Source: Octopus bimaculoides (Eukaryota). Taken from it: 64,000 nt of DNA. Under the pieces are notes generated by a model. It worked only from the letters and a program-made list of their open reading frames with translations. It was not told the DNA's origin and searched no databases. Each line of letters opens with the position of its first letter. Position 1 is the stretch's first letter. The translations under genes were made by a program, and so were the position numbers. Shown piece by piece: positions 1 through 12,061 of the stretch. The DNA lies in contig NC_068989.1 of NCBI RefSeq assembly GCF_001194135.2, positions 45,500,755-45,564,754 of the forward strand, read 5' to 3'.

Positions 1-160
1 GTGTTTGCTCTCCCACCATCACTTGACAATCGATGTTGGTGTGTTTCGTACTAGGCTTACAAAGAATAAGTACTGGGGTCGATTTGTGCGACTAAAGGCG
101 GTGATCCAGCATGGCCGGAGTCAAATGACTGAAAAAAATAAAAGAATAAAAGAATTAAAA
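1..160 (+). mobile_element. SINE family A, 3' half
   Basis: Matches the 3' half of the full copy at 18087-18475 (cttgacaatcgatg...gaataagtactggggtcgatttg...ggcggtg.tccagcatggcc) and ends in an A-rich aaaga tail. Confidence 0.8.
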
Positions 161-360
161 ATATATTGTATTTTGGGATGGTCATTTTAAAAAATATTTT
201 GGACAAATAAACACACGCTGTGTATATTTTCTTTCTTCACTCGTTTATTACTGCTCTTATTTTATTATTTTGACTCATGTCCATTGTCTGGAAATCTTTC
301 GTCACACATCTCTGACCTCTTCATCGACACTTTTATGCGTGTGCTACTACACTTACTCCA

Positions 361-420
361 TTCTCTCTCTCTCTCTATATATATATATACATACACACAC
401 GCACACTCACACACACATAG

Positions 421-471
<51 letters not shown>

Positions 472-485
472 CATACTCATATACA
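361..485. repeat. Compound microsatellite (CT)n(TA)n(CA)n(CATA)n
   Basis: Directly visible. Confidence 0.95.
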
Positions 486-492
486 GGCGCAC

Positions 493-612
493 GTGTGGCT
501 GTGTGGTAAAAAAAACTTGCGTCGCACCTTGGGCAAGTGTCTTCTTCTATAGCCTCGGACAGTTCAAAGCTTTGCGAGTCGATTTGGTACACGGAAACTG
601 CAAGCAGCTCAT
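493..612 (+). mobile_element. SINE family A, 5' half with internal deletion
   Basis: gtggctgtgtggtaa head followed by caccttgggcaagtgtcttc...tatagcctcgg...gatttggta.acggaaactg, as in the 18087 copy. Confidence 0.75.
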
Positions 613-1289
613 CGTGCATATACATATATATATATATATAATACATAATGGGACAAGAACGCAAAACATCCAGACAGGTGATGCAAGAAATAGACAACAA
701 AACATCTAGATAGACGATACAAAGAAAACAAGGACAAGTCATTCGGAGCTTTCTTTCCTCAGTCGAGATCCAGATTATCCTTGCAATTTCGGCTGGTTAT
801 TCTCGATATTGCTCCAATTTGGCCAGCCCCAAGGAAAAACTAAGCTAAGAACATTAGATTCCTTGGAAGAAAGCAGCGAATGTATACAAAAACAAGGACG
901 GGAAAAAACGAACAATGTTACACAAATACAATAAAAATAATAACAGGACATAAAAACAAGTGTCTTTCGACTAGGGACNNNNNNNNNNNNNNNNNNNNNN
1001 NNNNNNNNNNNNNNNNNNNNNNNNNNNNNNNNNNNNNNNNNNNNNNNNNNNNNNNNNNNNNNNNNNNNNNNNNNNNNNNNNNNNNNNNNNNNNNNNNNNN
1101 NNNNNNNNNNNNNNNNNNNNNNNNNNNNNNNNNNNNNNNNNNNNNNNNNNNNNNNNNNNNNNNNNNNNNNNNNNNNNNNNNNNNNNNNNNNNNNNNNNNN
1201 NNNNNNNNNNNNNNNNNNNNNNNNNNNNNNNNNNNNNNNNNNNNTATATATATATATATATATATATATGAGTGTGTATGTCTTTATTT

Positions 1290-1494
1290 CGGGATCTTTC
1301 CCTCTCCCCACCATCGTATCACAACCCATGCTGGTTTTTATATGTTCCCGAAACATAGCGGTACGGCAAAACAGACTGATTGAATAAGTAGGAGGGTTAC
1401 AAAGAATAGGTCGTGGAGTACATTAGTTCGATTAAAGGCGGTGCTCCAGCATGGCCGCAGTCAAATGGATGAAACGTGTAAAAGTGTAAAAGAG

Positions 1495-1495
<1 letters not shown>
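1290..1495 (+). mobile_element. SINE family A, 3' half
   Basis: ttaaaggcggtgctccagcatggccgcagtcaaatg plus an aaagag tail; homologous to 18290-18475. Confidence 0.75.
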
Positions 1496-1540
<45 letters not shown>

Positions 1541-2071
1541 AATACCTATGAGCATATATATATAAATATAGGGTTACCATCATGAGTGACAAGCGAATTA
1601 TCAGCCGTACAGGCAAATTAATATAATATACACATACAGTATTAGATGTGTACATATATACACAAGGGTACTACATGAGTACCTATTTCGCTAAAAATAG
1701 AAATCAAAAAATACTTCTGTATTTCGACTCTCAAATTTGAGGGTCGAAAGTTTTTAGAGCTGTTCAAGTGTAGCGGTCACTGTGACCGTCAAATAACTGC
1801 AGACTCATGGGTCGATTGCTTTAAGTGATTCCGTCCACTTCTGTTCAACTAATGGGGTGATTCACCTATCTTTATGCATATATGCAGCGTTTTATACTGA
1901 GTAAAAGGTAAGTGCTGGTGCAGTGTATTTTGTCGCTTGGAAACCGCCACAACCAGTTTCTTCTGCCGGGTTATTTGTGGGTGGGCTAACAGAGTATCTT
2001 TGTTTGATCATACCCATAGTATCTCCTAAAGCATATAGGTGTACCAGTGTGTATACATACATACATTCAGA

Positions 2072-2105
<34 letters not shown>

Positions 2106-2298
2106 GTACTGAGAGAGAGAAAGAGAGAGAGAATATGAAACAAATGTGTATATGAATTAGTACCACACACATTTATTTGGAAAAATTCATTTAGGTATCT
2201 TTCCGACGGCTAAAAGTGTTGTCAAACATCTGTACCAACCCGAATTATGAGTTGAAGATCGTCTACACTACACCTACAATTTTTACCTTCCCTTATAC

Positions 2299-2299
<1 letters not shown>

Positions 2300-2362
<63 letters not shown>

Positions 2363-2485
2363 TATATATAGATATATATATATATGAAGTATAAGGGAAG
2401 GTAAAAATTGTAGGTGTAGTGTATATATATATATATGTACACACAAATATATATATATACATATATATATACATACATATATATA
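2300..2485. repeat. (TA)n microsatellite tracts
   Basis: Directly visible; a second (TA)n tract lies at about 2788-2843. Confidence 0.95.
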
Positions 2486-2489
2486 CATA

Positions 2490-2785
2490 AACCCATAGAA
2501 AACAAACTTCAGCCAGCTATTCTGATTATATGTCTGTGCAAACGTTTGAATGTGGTGTGTGCCAGAGGGCTTGCAAATCCAATGAGAGTCTTAAAAGACA
2601 TGTTAGGATCTACAATGAGCAGAACTTACCTGCAGGTATTGGTAGTACAAATCAGAGGTGCAAATTGTGTGGGTGTTTTTTTCAAAACATTGTCTGGTTT
2701 AAATTGCCACATCAGACGCCATGAAAGGGCTAAGGTGTAGGTGCAGGAGGTGGTCAAACTCTGTGTAAGGAGTAGACAACCACCA

Positions 2786-2790
<5 letters not shown>
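2490..2790 (+). mobile_element. 5'-truncated LINE 3' end (probably RTE-like) encoding two C2H2 zinc fingers, decayed
   Basis: Joining ORFs 2530-2724 and 2435-2740 across a +1 slip in a T-run gives FECGVCQRACKSNESLKRHVRIY...CKLCGCFFKTLSGLNCHIRRHERAKV*, two CxxC-x12-H-x3-H/Y units. A short UTR ends in caaccaccacca and the unit sits between (TA)n tracts. The clade assignment is inferred. Confidence 0.6.
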
Positions 2791-2845
<55 letters not shown>

Positions 2846-3409
2846 TTTAATAAAAGGAAGATATATATGTATGTATATGTATATTTCGGGTTACTCTATG
2901 AAGTGTTGTATGGTACCAGAATTTTTAACAGGAGTCACGTGTAGCAAACTCCTCCAAATCGTTGTTAGTTAATCAACGTAAGTAAAATTCTGGACTGGGT
3001 ATTTGGAGCTGGCATTGTGTCGTATAGGTTGTAATAATGAAGTCAAGCCAAAGAATGATATTTTGGCATCACTTAATACGTACGTTACAGATATATGTAA
3101 TATATAATAGGGAATGCATCCGTTACAGAAACTTACCTCAGTTAAAACGTTCGAAAATATGAAGGAATTGATGGAAATATTTCAGTAAATATATAATTTG
3201 AGCAGTAAGTCGGCTATGAAATCAGGGGGAAAGATATGCGTATATAGAGAGTGAAGGAAGGCTGATAGAAGAGAGAGTGACGGAGAAAGAGTCACGAATA
3301 GAGTGAGAGAGATAAAAATAAATAGGAGAAAAACAAGGGAGGTAATAGAGAAAGTGATGTAGTGGGGAAGGGGAAGAAATTATGTACGAGTGAATAGCAT
3401 TGAAAGGTA

Positions 3410-3780
3410 ATGATTTTTTGTTTCGATTTGGAATCTAAGGAAAAGAATAAAGAGTAGCAGATTGAGGTCAAGAATTTGGAGGAGAGGGTGGGGAGTAAAT
3501 TAACCTGGTGTCACGGTGCGCTTAATAGCTTTAGTAGAAAATGGTTTTTATAGTTATATGTCTTTGAACACATGATTGATGTTTAGGTGCCTAGTCCAAA
3601 ACACCTTGACACTACATTACTTTATATATATCTTTCTCTTCTTTTTTTCTCCTTTTACTATCTCTCCTCACATCTCCCTTATTTCACCTTCTTTTTCCCT
3701 ATCTATATACATGTATATACTCCGAATTTAGTATCCGACCTACTACTAACATACATATTGAAATATTTCCATTAATTCAT
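3410..3780 (+). mobile_element. Possible highly decayed Tx1/L1-like ORF2 C-terminus and pyrimidine-rich 3' UTR
   Basis: Weak resemblance (FRF..LRKRIRV...EF.ERWV-like, requiring indels) to the clearer copy at 25339-25865. Confidence 0.25.
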
Positions 3781-3931
3781 TCGTATTTTGAAATGTTTTA
3801 ACTGAAGAAGGATTACCTAATGGTTGCATTCCTTGCTATATATTACGAAAATTCTGAAATGTACATATTAAATGCTTTCCAAATATCACTATTTGATGAT
3901 TTGACTTCATTCTTACTACTATATATATACT

Positions 3932-4070
3932 AAAATTGGCACTCCGTCAGTTCTGACGACGAGCATTCCAGTTGATTCAATCAACGGAACAGCCGGCTTG
4001 TGGAATCAACGTGCAAGTAGCTAAGCCCTCTACAAGCACTCATACCCTTAACGTAGTTCTCAGGGAGAAC
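3932..4070 (-). mobile_element. SINE family C, 3' part (rest in gap)
   Basis: Reverse complement of 30270-30405 (ggcactc.gtc...ccagttgat.caatcaacggaacag...aacgtgcaagt...acccttaacgtagttctc). Confidence 0.8.
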
Positions 4071-4439
4071 CCCCCCCCNNNNNNNNNNNNNNNNNNNNNN
4101 NNNNNNNNNNNNNNNNNNNNNNNNNNNNNNNNNNNNNNNNNNNNNNNNNNNNNNNNNNNNNNNNNNNNNNNNNNNNNNNNNNNNNNNNNNNNNNNNNNNN
4201 NNNNNNNNNNNNNNNNNNNNNNNNNNNNNNNNNNNNNNNNNNNNNNNNNNNATATATATGCTATTTTAAAACCAGAGCCATGGCCCGAACGTTTGCATGA
4301 GAGTAAACATTACTTAACTCACTCACGGAGGGAACGGTGATTTTAAAACGGGCGACGAATTAACTTTTATCAGAATCATTTGGAACGCAAAAAGCCTGAA
4401 TTGAAACCACTTTTAATCATGCAAGTACTCAAAAATTTT

Positions 4440-4570
4440 GTATAATATTTGTCCTTTATTTTATCGACCACGATAGTTTGAAAAATAATTTTGACCTCGG
4501 CGTGATTTGAACTCAGAATGACTTTACATGTAAGGAATTATGTTCTTCGCTCTTACCATCTCTGCGAATA
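4440..4570 (-). mobile_element. SINE family B, decayed
   Basis: ttatcgacc...gacctcggcg.gatttgaactcagaa is the reverse complement of the B-box and body of family B. Confidence 0.6.
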
Positions 4571-5108
4571 TGACTTTATTTCTATATTTATCGCAGCAGT
4601 GAACTGTTATTTTCTTTTTTCGTTATGTTGATAATTTTGTGTTTTAATGTTCTGTAGCAAGCCTCTCCTAGTTGTATTGATATCTCCGTGAAACATCACC
4701 TTGTGATATCGATTATATGCATAGATAATGTAACCAATAACCATTTATGTAGAAGCAATATACAGAAATAAAATCACGAAAACTGCTGCACGGATATCCT
4801 GTTTGTTTGATATCAAACGATTTGTTGTTACTGATTCATAATGACTCATTGTGAAGAGTCACCCTGATATTTATAGTATAAAGCATCATAGAACAAAACC
4901 GAATTAACATTAAACAATGTCTGTTCAGAGTCATACCCACCTGTTTCAATACGAGATAGAGGAGGTGTCGTAATACTCATGGAGATGAGCTGCGACTGTT
5001 TTAGCTGACTATTCTTCTACTCGAGTGAATTCAATAAAAATCGTACTCTTATGAACTCAGTAAAATTTGTACTTTATTGAACTTGTTAAAGCTTGTTCTC
5101 TTAAAGAT

Positions 5109-5270
5109 GCGGGCATGGCTATGTGGTATGAAGTTTGCTTCCCAACAAAATCGTTTCAGGTTCCGTCCCATTGCCTCGTACTATGGGTAATTATTATTTA
5201 ATATCGCCCCTGGCTTGTGCAAGGTTCGTGAGTGAATTTGTTAGAGGGAAACTGAAAGATATCGTGTATG
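5109..5270 (+). mobile_element. SINE family A, 5' half
   Basis: ggcatggctatgtggtatgaagtttgcttcccaac...ggttccgtccca...gtgagtgaatttg..aga.ggaaactgaaaga. Confidence 0.75.
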
Positions 5271-5282
5271 TATGTATGTATG

Positions 5283-5333
<51 letters not shown>

Positions 5334-5436
5334 NNNNNNNNNNNNNNNNNNNNNNNNNNNNNNNNNNNNNNNNNNNNNNNNNNNNNNNNNNNNNNNNNNN
5401 NNNNNNNNNNNNNNNNNNNNNNNNNNNNNATGTATG

Positions 5437-5497
<61 letters not shown>

Positions 5498-5520
5498 ATG
5501 CATGTATGTATGTATATATA

Positions 5521-6710
5521 TTGGGTCATCCTATGAATAATGCGGCTTTTTCAATTCCATGAACTAAAATTTGGAGGGGGATGTGATCAACTTGTTATCA
5601 ATGCAGGTAGCTATTTTACCTAGTACTTATTCTTAGTGCGAGTTTTGAAGAGGGCAGTTCAATTTTAACAGTTATTTTTTTCAAAGTTATAATGGAAGTG
5701 CCAAAGGAGCATTTTCGGTACATTTTGCTTTATGAGTTTAATAAAAGCAACAATGCAACGGAAAGTGCGAGGTATATTAATGCAGTATACGAATATGGTG
5801 GTTGGACAATAGGCGTAAACCAGTGTCAACGGTGGTCCCAGAAATTCTAGGCCGGAAACTACAGCCTAGAAGACGAGCCTCGTCCTGGAAGATCTGTATA
5901 TCTCGATGAGGACGTACTGCAAACCCTTGTGGAACAAAATCGCATCGTAACTGTTGAGGAACTAGCAGAGAAGCTTGGGTTTGGTCATTCAACTATTCAT
6001 AGACACCTGCGTTTCATCCGAGAAATCAGCAAATTGTTTCAATGGGTTCCTCACAATCTTTCCGAGTCTAATCATGTGCAGAGAGTGTATATATGCTTTT
6101 CTGTGCTGTCACGTCTCACGAATAAAGCTTTTTTGGACAGAATAGTAACTGATGGCGAGAAATGGCTTCTCTATAAATATGTCAAGCACCGAAGATAATG
6201 GGTAGGGAAAGGTGAAACACCAGCACCCCAGGCTAAAGAAGGTTTTCACCCACGTAAGGTGTTGTTATCTGTGTCGGTGGGTTATGAAAAGTTTAGTCCA
6301 CTTTGAACTTTTAACCTAAACCAAACGATAACAAAGGAGATCTGCGCGCAACTTGAGCGGCTTATGTCAGCGCTAGAAGAAAAACGACCATCTTTGGTTT
6401 CAAGACGAAAGGTATTCTTTCATCGGCCACATACAGTGAGAATGACATTCTAAAGTCTGGAGCAGTTTGAATGGGAAACGATGTCCCACCCACCACCTTC
6501 ACCGGACATTGCCCCGTCTGATTATCATTTATTCCACAGTGTTCAAAATCATATGAATGGTAAAAATATGAATTCTGTAGACAAGATCAGAACAGTACTG
6601 GAGGAGTATTTTTCGCTGCGATCAAGTGAATTTCGGAAGAGGAGCCGTGCAAATCTACCAGATAGATGGAAGAGTATTATAGAAAATGAAGGAGAGTATA
6701 TTTTAGATTA
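5521..6710 (+). mobile_element. Mariner (DD34D) transposon, decayed, 3' TIR missing
   Basis: TA followed by TIR-like ttgggtcatcctatgaataatgcgg. The transposase starts at ATG 5692 (MEVPKEHFRYILLYEF...EDEPRPGR...WVPHNL...RIVTDGEKW...PSPDIAPSDYHLF...WKSIIENEGEYILD) and carries stops and frameshifts. Confidence 0.92.
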
Positions 6711-7604
6711 TTTTTGGCTCTTTGGCGGAGAACTCACCCGCACTTTCCTCTTTCGCCTATTTATGACAGTAAATGGTTCCTCTTTGTTTACGTTTATTTC
6801 TTGTCCCTCCTCTTCGGCGGGCTGTTCTTCGCGTTGTTGTTCTTCCACTTTACTTTCTTGCCGAGGGCACCTTGCTTTCATGTGCCCTCTTTGTTTACAT
6901 AGAAAACATGTTTGAGGTCTTCCCTCCACCACCACTCTTAATGTAATGTCTTCTGGTAGAAGAATCTCTTCTACATTTTCGTGTAGGTCTTTTGACCCAA
7001 CCTGAATCCCCATCTCTAGGCCGTAGCCCCATCAATTAACTTTTTTCGTTTTGGTTATCTTCTAAATCCTTGCATCTTCCTCCATTCCGTGCATGACTGC
7101 TGCCACTAGCCATGCCTCTTCGATCTCGGGGGGCACTCTGCCGATTCTCACTCTGGCAACACGTTTGCCACAGTACGTCGGCAGTAGCATCCACTCTTGT
7201 GTCCTTATCGGCTCAATGGAGTGGTTAATAGCGTCCTCCTCGTTGGAGAACCGGACCTCCACTCTGGCGTATTTCCTCCCACGTGTATAAAAGGTGGTTA
7301 GTCATTTCACGTCCCGTAGACATTCCTCAATTGCCTCTATTGGGGCAATCTCTATTATTTTGTTAGAAGTAGACAATGTCCTGTACACTACCATCTTCCT
7401 TGATACATTCTTCGTCACTTCCACTGGTGGGGTCATCTTAAAGATTGCCCATACATTTTGTAACAATTTGTACCCTTCTTTCCACTTACTTGTCTCTATC
7501 TTTATCTCGCGAACTTCAAGAGTGTTGGTCACAATTACTTGTGTAGTTGCAGATGCATAACTTGCGCCACGCTCCATTTCACCCCCTTTCAACACTTCAC
7601 CCAT
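6708..7604 (-). pseudogene. Non-LTR retrotransposon ORF1 (Tx1/L1-like gag-like protein with CCHC zinc knuckle), three premature stops
   Basis: ORFs 7302-7637, 7062-7262 and 6708-7013 share one frame. They give about 300 codons from MGEVLKGG, including RVVVEGRPQTCFLCKQRGHMKARCP (Cx2Cx4Hx4C) followed by an E/Q-rich then basic stretch. The 5' UTR extends to about 7815. Confidence 0.8.
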
Positions 7605-8004
7605 AATCGGGGATGAAACAATCTCCAAAACAGGCAAAAACAGCGACAGATTTCAACAATTTAACAATTTAACGAATCTTGGTTCACCCGCTCGGGGATG
7701 CCTACAACAATATATAATAACAGTGTGTAACAATTTAACTCACGTTTTAAAGAAACAACACCAACACCCAAAAATTGCGATCCGACTCTCTGCCCACACT
7801 CTCTGCGCATGTCCATTTATATTGTGGCACAGTCCATTAGGAGCCAACCAAATAGGGGTGTTCTACTTCCACACAACAATATGACAGAGAGAGAGAGAAA
7901 GGAGAGAGAAAGAAAGAAAGAGGGAAAGAGAAAGAAAGAAAGAAAGAAGGAAGGAAGGAAGGAAGGAAGGGAAGAGAGGGTGAGAGAGAGAGAGGGAGAG
8001 GGAG

Positions 8005-8208
8005 AGCAAAGAGTGAACATTTTCAAATGATGAATATTCAAGTATGAATTATATAGACATTTCTATATTAATAGAGCAAACTTGCACAGAGTACAAAGAC
8101 ACAGAAATTTAAAGGGGAAAAGGTATGGTGACTTTGTAACTCTGTGTAAGTTTGTTCCGTTGATATATAAATATCTATATATTCATACTTGAATATTCAC
8201 TCTTTGCT
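8005..8208. repeat. Imperfect inverted repeat (hairpin), about 70-95 bp arms, about 25 bp loop
   Basis: gaatattcaagtatgaattatatagacatttctatattaatagagcaaacttgcacagagtacaaagacac pairs with gtgactttgtaactctgtgtaagtttgttcc...tattcatacttgaatattc; the outer pair is agcaaagagtgaa / ttcactctttgct. Confidence 0.85.
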
Positions 8209-8369
8209 TTCTTTCCATTTACATGGATACATGTGTATATATTTTGGATATCAAACCCAAGCAGTCTTATTTGTATATTTGCAACATTATCTCCATATTT
8301 GTTCACTTGGATTGCTCTTATAGTCACTATTTAGTCCGCGGACTTGGTACTCGCTATTTGTTACAATCA

Positions 8370-8560
8370 TTAGACTGTGGCCATGTCAGGGTATCATTTT
8401 GAAGGGCTTTAACCGAAAAATTGACTTGCGTTCTTATTATTAGATCTGAAGATTTTTAGATCTGATGCTTGTTCCATCGATGACTTTAAGCACATAACTC
8501 GGTTACGGTGACGTTAACAAACGAACAGCAATCATCAACTTCGGGGAAACACAAAACCAG
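8370..8560 (-). mobile_element. SINE family A, 3' half, strongly decayed
   Basis: gactgtggccatg...ttacggtgacgttaaca resembles the reverse complement of the family A tail. Confidence 0.45.
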
Positions 8561-8619
8561 GCATAAAGACACAACAGTTTCTCACTTTCTCTCTCCCTTT
8601 CACACCTGCACTCTCTCTC

Positions 8620-8686
8620 TCACACCCATACACACGCACACACACATGCACACACTCACCCATACACACCCACACACGCACCCAAC

Positions 8687-8780
<94 letters not shown>
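8620..8780. repeat. (CA)n microsatellite
   Basis: Directly visible; about 90 bp is perfect. Confidence 0.97.
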
Positions 8781-8783
<3 letters not shown>

Positions 8784-8869
8784 ATATCGATATCTACCAT
8801 TCTCGGTCACAAACCTCCCTTATTTGTCAATAGGTTCTGAATCTTAGCCTGAACGAAACCCCTGATTTT

Positions 8870-9340
8870 ACTTACCAGGATTACGAAAATAAGTCTTTAT
8901 TTCACCCCCAGTTTACTATTCGATGCCCAAGCAGGCAACCCGCGCGATTTTTCAACAGTTGAGTCTGGTTATTGTTCAGTTTAAGCTGAGCTTCTCGACA
9001 ACGTCTGTTCATAAAGGCTGAGATTATGCAGACGTCGATTGATGGTGCTTTGTGAAGGACCAAATTCTGCCGACAATGTGCGAGCGCATGTGCTTGGCTG
9101 CTGTTAAGCTATTTCAAGCATGGCCTCATCTTCAACAACAAAAGGTCTCCCTGACATTGGTTTGTCTTCGAAGCTGGTGTCGCCTTGCGTGATACATCTG
9201 AACCAGTTGTCCTGGGCATTCCACATCTTTATTTTCTTTTGCTGCTTCGCTTGCACTCAGTCATAAAGCCACACACAGGTAGCGTAAAATTGCCGCAATT
9301 GCAATTGTTTTGCCACTTATTATCAAAGCTGTAAAATAAA
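8870..9340 (-). mobile_element. Mariner transposase N-terminal half, decayed
   Basis: The minus strand reads WFRCITQGDTSFEDKPMSGRPFVVEDEAML (HTH region) and, with indels, a VTGDEK-like motif near 8900. Confidence 0.7.
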
Positions 9341-9799
9341 GAATAAATGTTTTTATGTTATACATGAAAATAAATAATAAATAATTCAGCAATGATTGTA
9401 CAAGTTGTATCAAATTAAAAATAAAATATGCAGATAGTCGTCGACATTCACCGGTGAAAATTCAAAAATTTTGTTTTAACCGAGTACATAGATACATTGG
9501 GTGACTTAAATATCATTTATGACTTTAAGTTATCAAAAAAAATTTGGCACAACCGGAAGTGTTTCCTCCTGATATATTGTATTTAGCACTCTAGCTCGTA
9601 TTTAGAATATTATTTGGTTACTAAAAATAACATTTTTTGTCTAGGGAAGAAGTAATAAATCGAATACATTCTTTTCTCATGTAATACTTTATTGCAGATA
9701 ATCATAATTTGCAGGAAACTCGTGCTGGTCTAAGGCGAGATTTAAATTTAAGCCGCAGAGAAATAAGACCGAAACTGCAAGCTGTGGTTCTTATAAAAT

Positions 9800-9990
9800 A
9801 TTGATTTCAAATTTTGGCTCAAGCACAACAATTTCGAAGAATAGGATAAATCGATTACATCGCTCCAGTGTTTCACTGGTAACTTATTTTATTGGCTCCG
9901 AAGGGATAAAAGTCGACCTCGGTGCAATTTGAACTCAGAATGTAAAGACGGATAAAATGCCACTAAGAATTTTGCCTGGTGTGCTAAAGA
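9800..9990 (-). mobile_element. SINE family B
   Basis: tcgattacatcg...aaagtcgacctcggtgcaatttgaactcagaatgtaaagacgga. Confidence 0.8.
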
Positions 9991-10164
9991 TTCTGTCTTC
10001 TCATTGCCTTGCCGTCCTTACAAAATATTTAAGAACATTAGTAATCCTACTACAGTTTTGTTTGGTTGTCATGTCTCTTCGAACTATTTTTCTGACAAAG
10101 CATGAAAAACTTGAAAATATATTTCTAGAAGTGTTTTTATGTGTTTTTCTGACATACATACATG

Positions 10165-12061
10165 CAGTATGCATCGAAGAAGTATATTCCAAAGGGGACA
10201 GCCTCTCTGTGATACAGTTTATACTTTCTGTAAACCCCTTGTCATTCATATTAAGAAAGTATGAAGTGTATCTGTCTTGTTCACAAGGAAACTGAAATAC
10301 CAAAAGTACACACTGTTTCTTTGAAGATGAACTAGAAATTATATGCCAAGACTGCATGAGATGGAAAAGAGCCTTTATCTGGTTACAACACTTTCAAGGA
10401 TATAGGATTGAAGTTTCATTAGGATAAATGTTGCTATATGGTTGTGAAAAGAGGAAAAAACTGGAAACGTGACTAGCAACATCTCCAGCTATGACTTACT
10501 TAACTGTTTCCCCTATATCTTATGGGGAATGTTTGAGGTACCTAGGAGTGGAAGAAAACACATCTTACAATGACACCTATAACAAGACATGTGTCACTAA
10601 AGAATATTACAGCTGAATAAAGGAAATGTGGACCTTGGAAATCACTGTATTCAATTAATTAGTGGCCCATAATGTATTTGAGGTGCCAGCACTCATGCCA
10701 AAATTTTGGCTACTTGATTAGACGCTTGATGAAATCCGAGCCATTGATGTGAAAACTCGGAAGATATTAACCGGCACACATAATTTCCATATCAACAGCG
10801 ACTAGAAAGCCTCTCTCTAAAACGTAAACAGTCTGGTAGAGGCTTAATATTTTATTCAGACTCCCTTTGAATGTTATATCATATCCCTTCGGCAACATCT
10901 TTTAACCAACAAGTGTCTAAGTGCATCCCTTAACCAAGTTTACATACATGAGGAGGATATAATCATGACTTGGAGAGCAGCTCCTTGAATAACATTCCTT
11001 GTTTCATAACCCTAAACACATGCCCAAAGAAGTCGCACTATTCTTTATCTATTCATATCATCTGATGAAAGGACAAGCGCATATCAGCAGAAGACCATGC
11101 ATGGATATGTTAGCAGAAAGCTCCCGGATGATAGCATTGATCATCAAAGCAGTCTATCATGAAACAACATCTGAATTACTAACTTCCAGTTTGAAACGTA
11201 TGCATTTGAAATCCAGGAACAGGAAATATCGAACAAATATCTGATGCACAAAAGGGATAGAGACGCAGACAGAACACCAAGGTATGATAACTGATGCATA
11301 TTTTGTGGAGTTAACACTGAAAATATCGCAAACATCATAAGCAGCTGTCCGAAAATGTCATTACGGTATTATCTACCAATGAGACATGATGTTGTAGCTA
11401 AGACATTGTATAATGAGATCCGTGGGAAAGATAATTTTGAGGCCAACGGAATAACAACATACAGTAGCCATTGATAAGGTGTAATAAGTGAACACCTCAA
11501 TAGAATGTAAACATAATATACCTGACAGTGATTTGGTATGGAGAAGAGAAACTGTGTTTGGCTGTGGCAATCAGCTGCCCAGTGGATATTAGCATAAAGC
11601 GAAAAAAGAAAATCTCTACGCTGAACTATTGAGAAATCTATAGTTACTCTATCCAGATTACAAGTTCAGATTTACACCTGTAATTATTAGGACACTGGGA
11701 TATGTATCACACTGCCTAAGTACCAATCTTGAGAAATTAAGCTTCTCAAAACCAGAAAAGAGAAAGCTGATTCGAAGAGTACAACTCCAAGCAATCACTG
11801 GAGCTGTAAAATTCTGTAAAACGTTCCAGAAGTTTATCATTTAAGTATATATGAGCATATCTAGACATGCAAGGATATGCATGAACATACCTACATAAAA
11901 CAAAACCTAAAATCTGCACATGCCGTAACTTCAAATACTTCACATATACACAAATGAATGCAAAAATACCCTGTTGATGTTTAAAATTCCAATGAAAGAA
12001 CTTTGGATCTAAGTTAGAAATCGTCTCTTTCTTTAATCTTGAAATAAAAATAAATAATGAC
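10165..12061 (+). mobile_element. R4/Dong-clade RLE LINE, (CATA)n-associated family, 5'-truncated and decayed
   Basis: RT motifs (IFQGDSLSVIQFILSVNPLSF; THCFFEDELEI for the YMDD region), IQEQEI, C..C...SSCPKMSLRYYLPMRHDVV knuckle, PD...E endonuclease and PVIIGTLGYV, then a 3' UTR. The 5' junction is gacatacatacatg and the 3' junction runs into a (CATA)n-like tract. Confidence 0.88.

Noticed and set aside
725-978. GC-richer segment recalled as an octopus dispersed repeat, with ctgagga...cgaa on the minus strand
   Set aside because: There is no second copy in the window, it is truncated by a gap, and the motif cannot form hammerhead stem II or III.
1892-2040. Both-strand open frames with a minus acceptor and a plus gtaagt donor
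   Set aside because: No recognisable homology and conflicting strand signals; it cannot be distinguished from chance.
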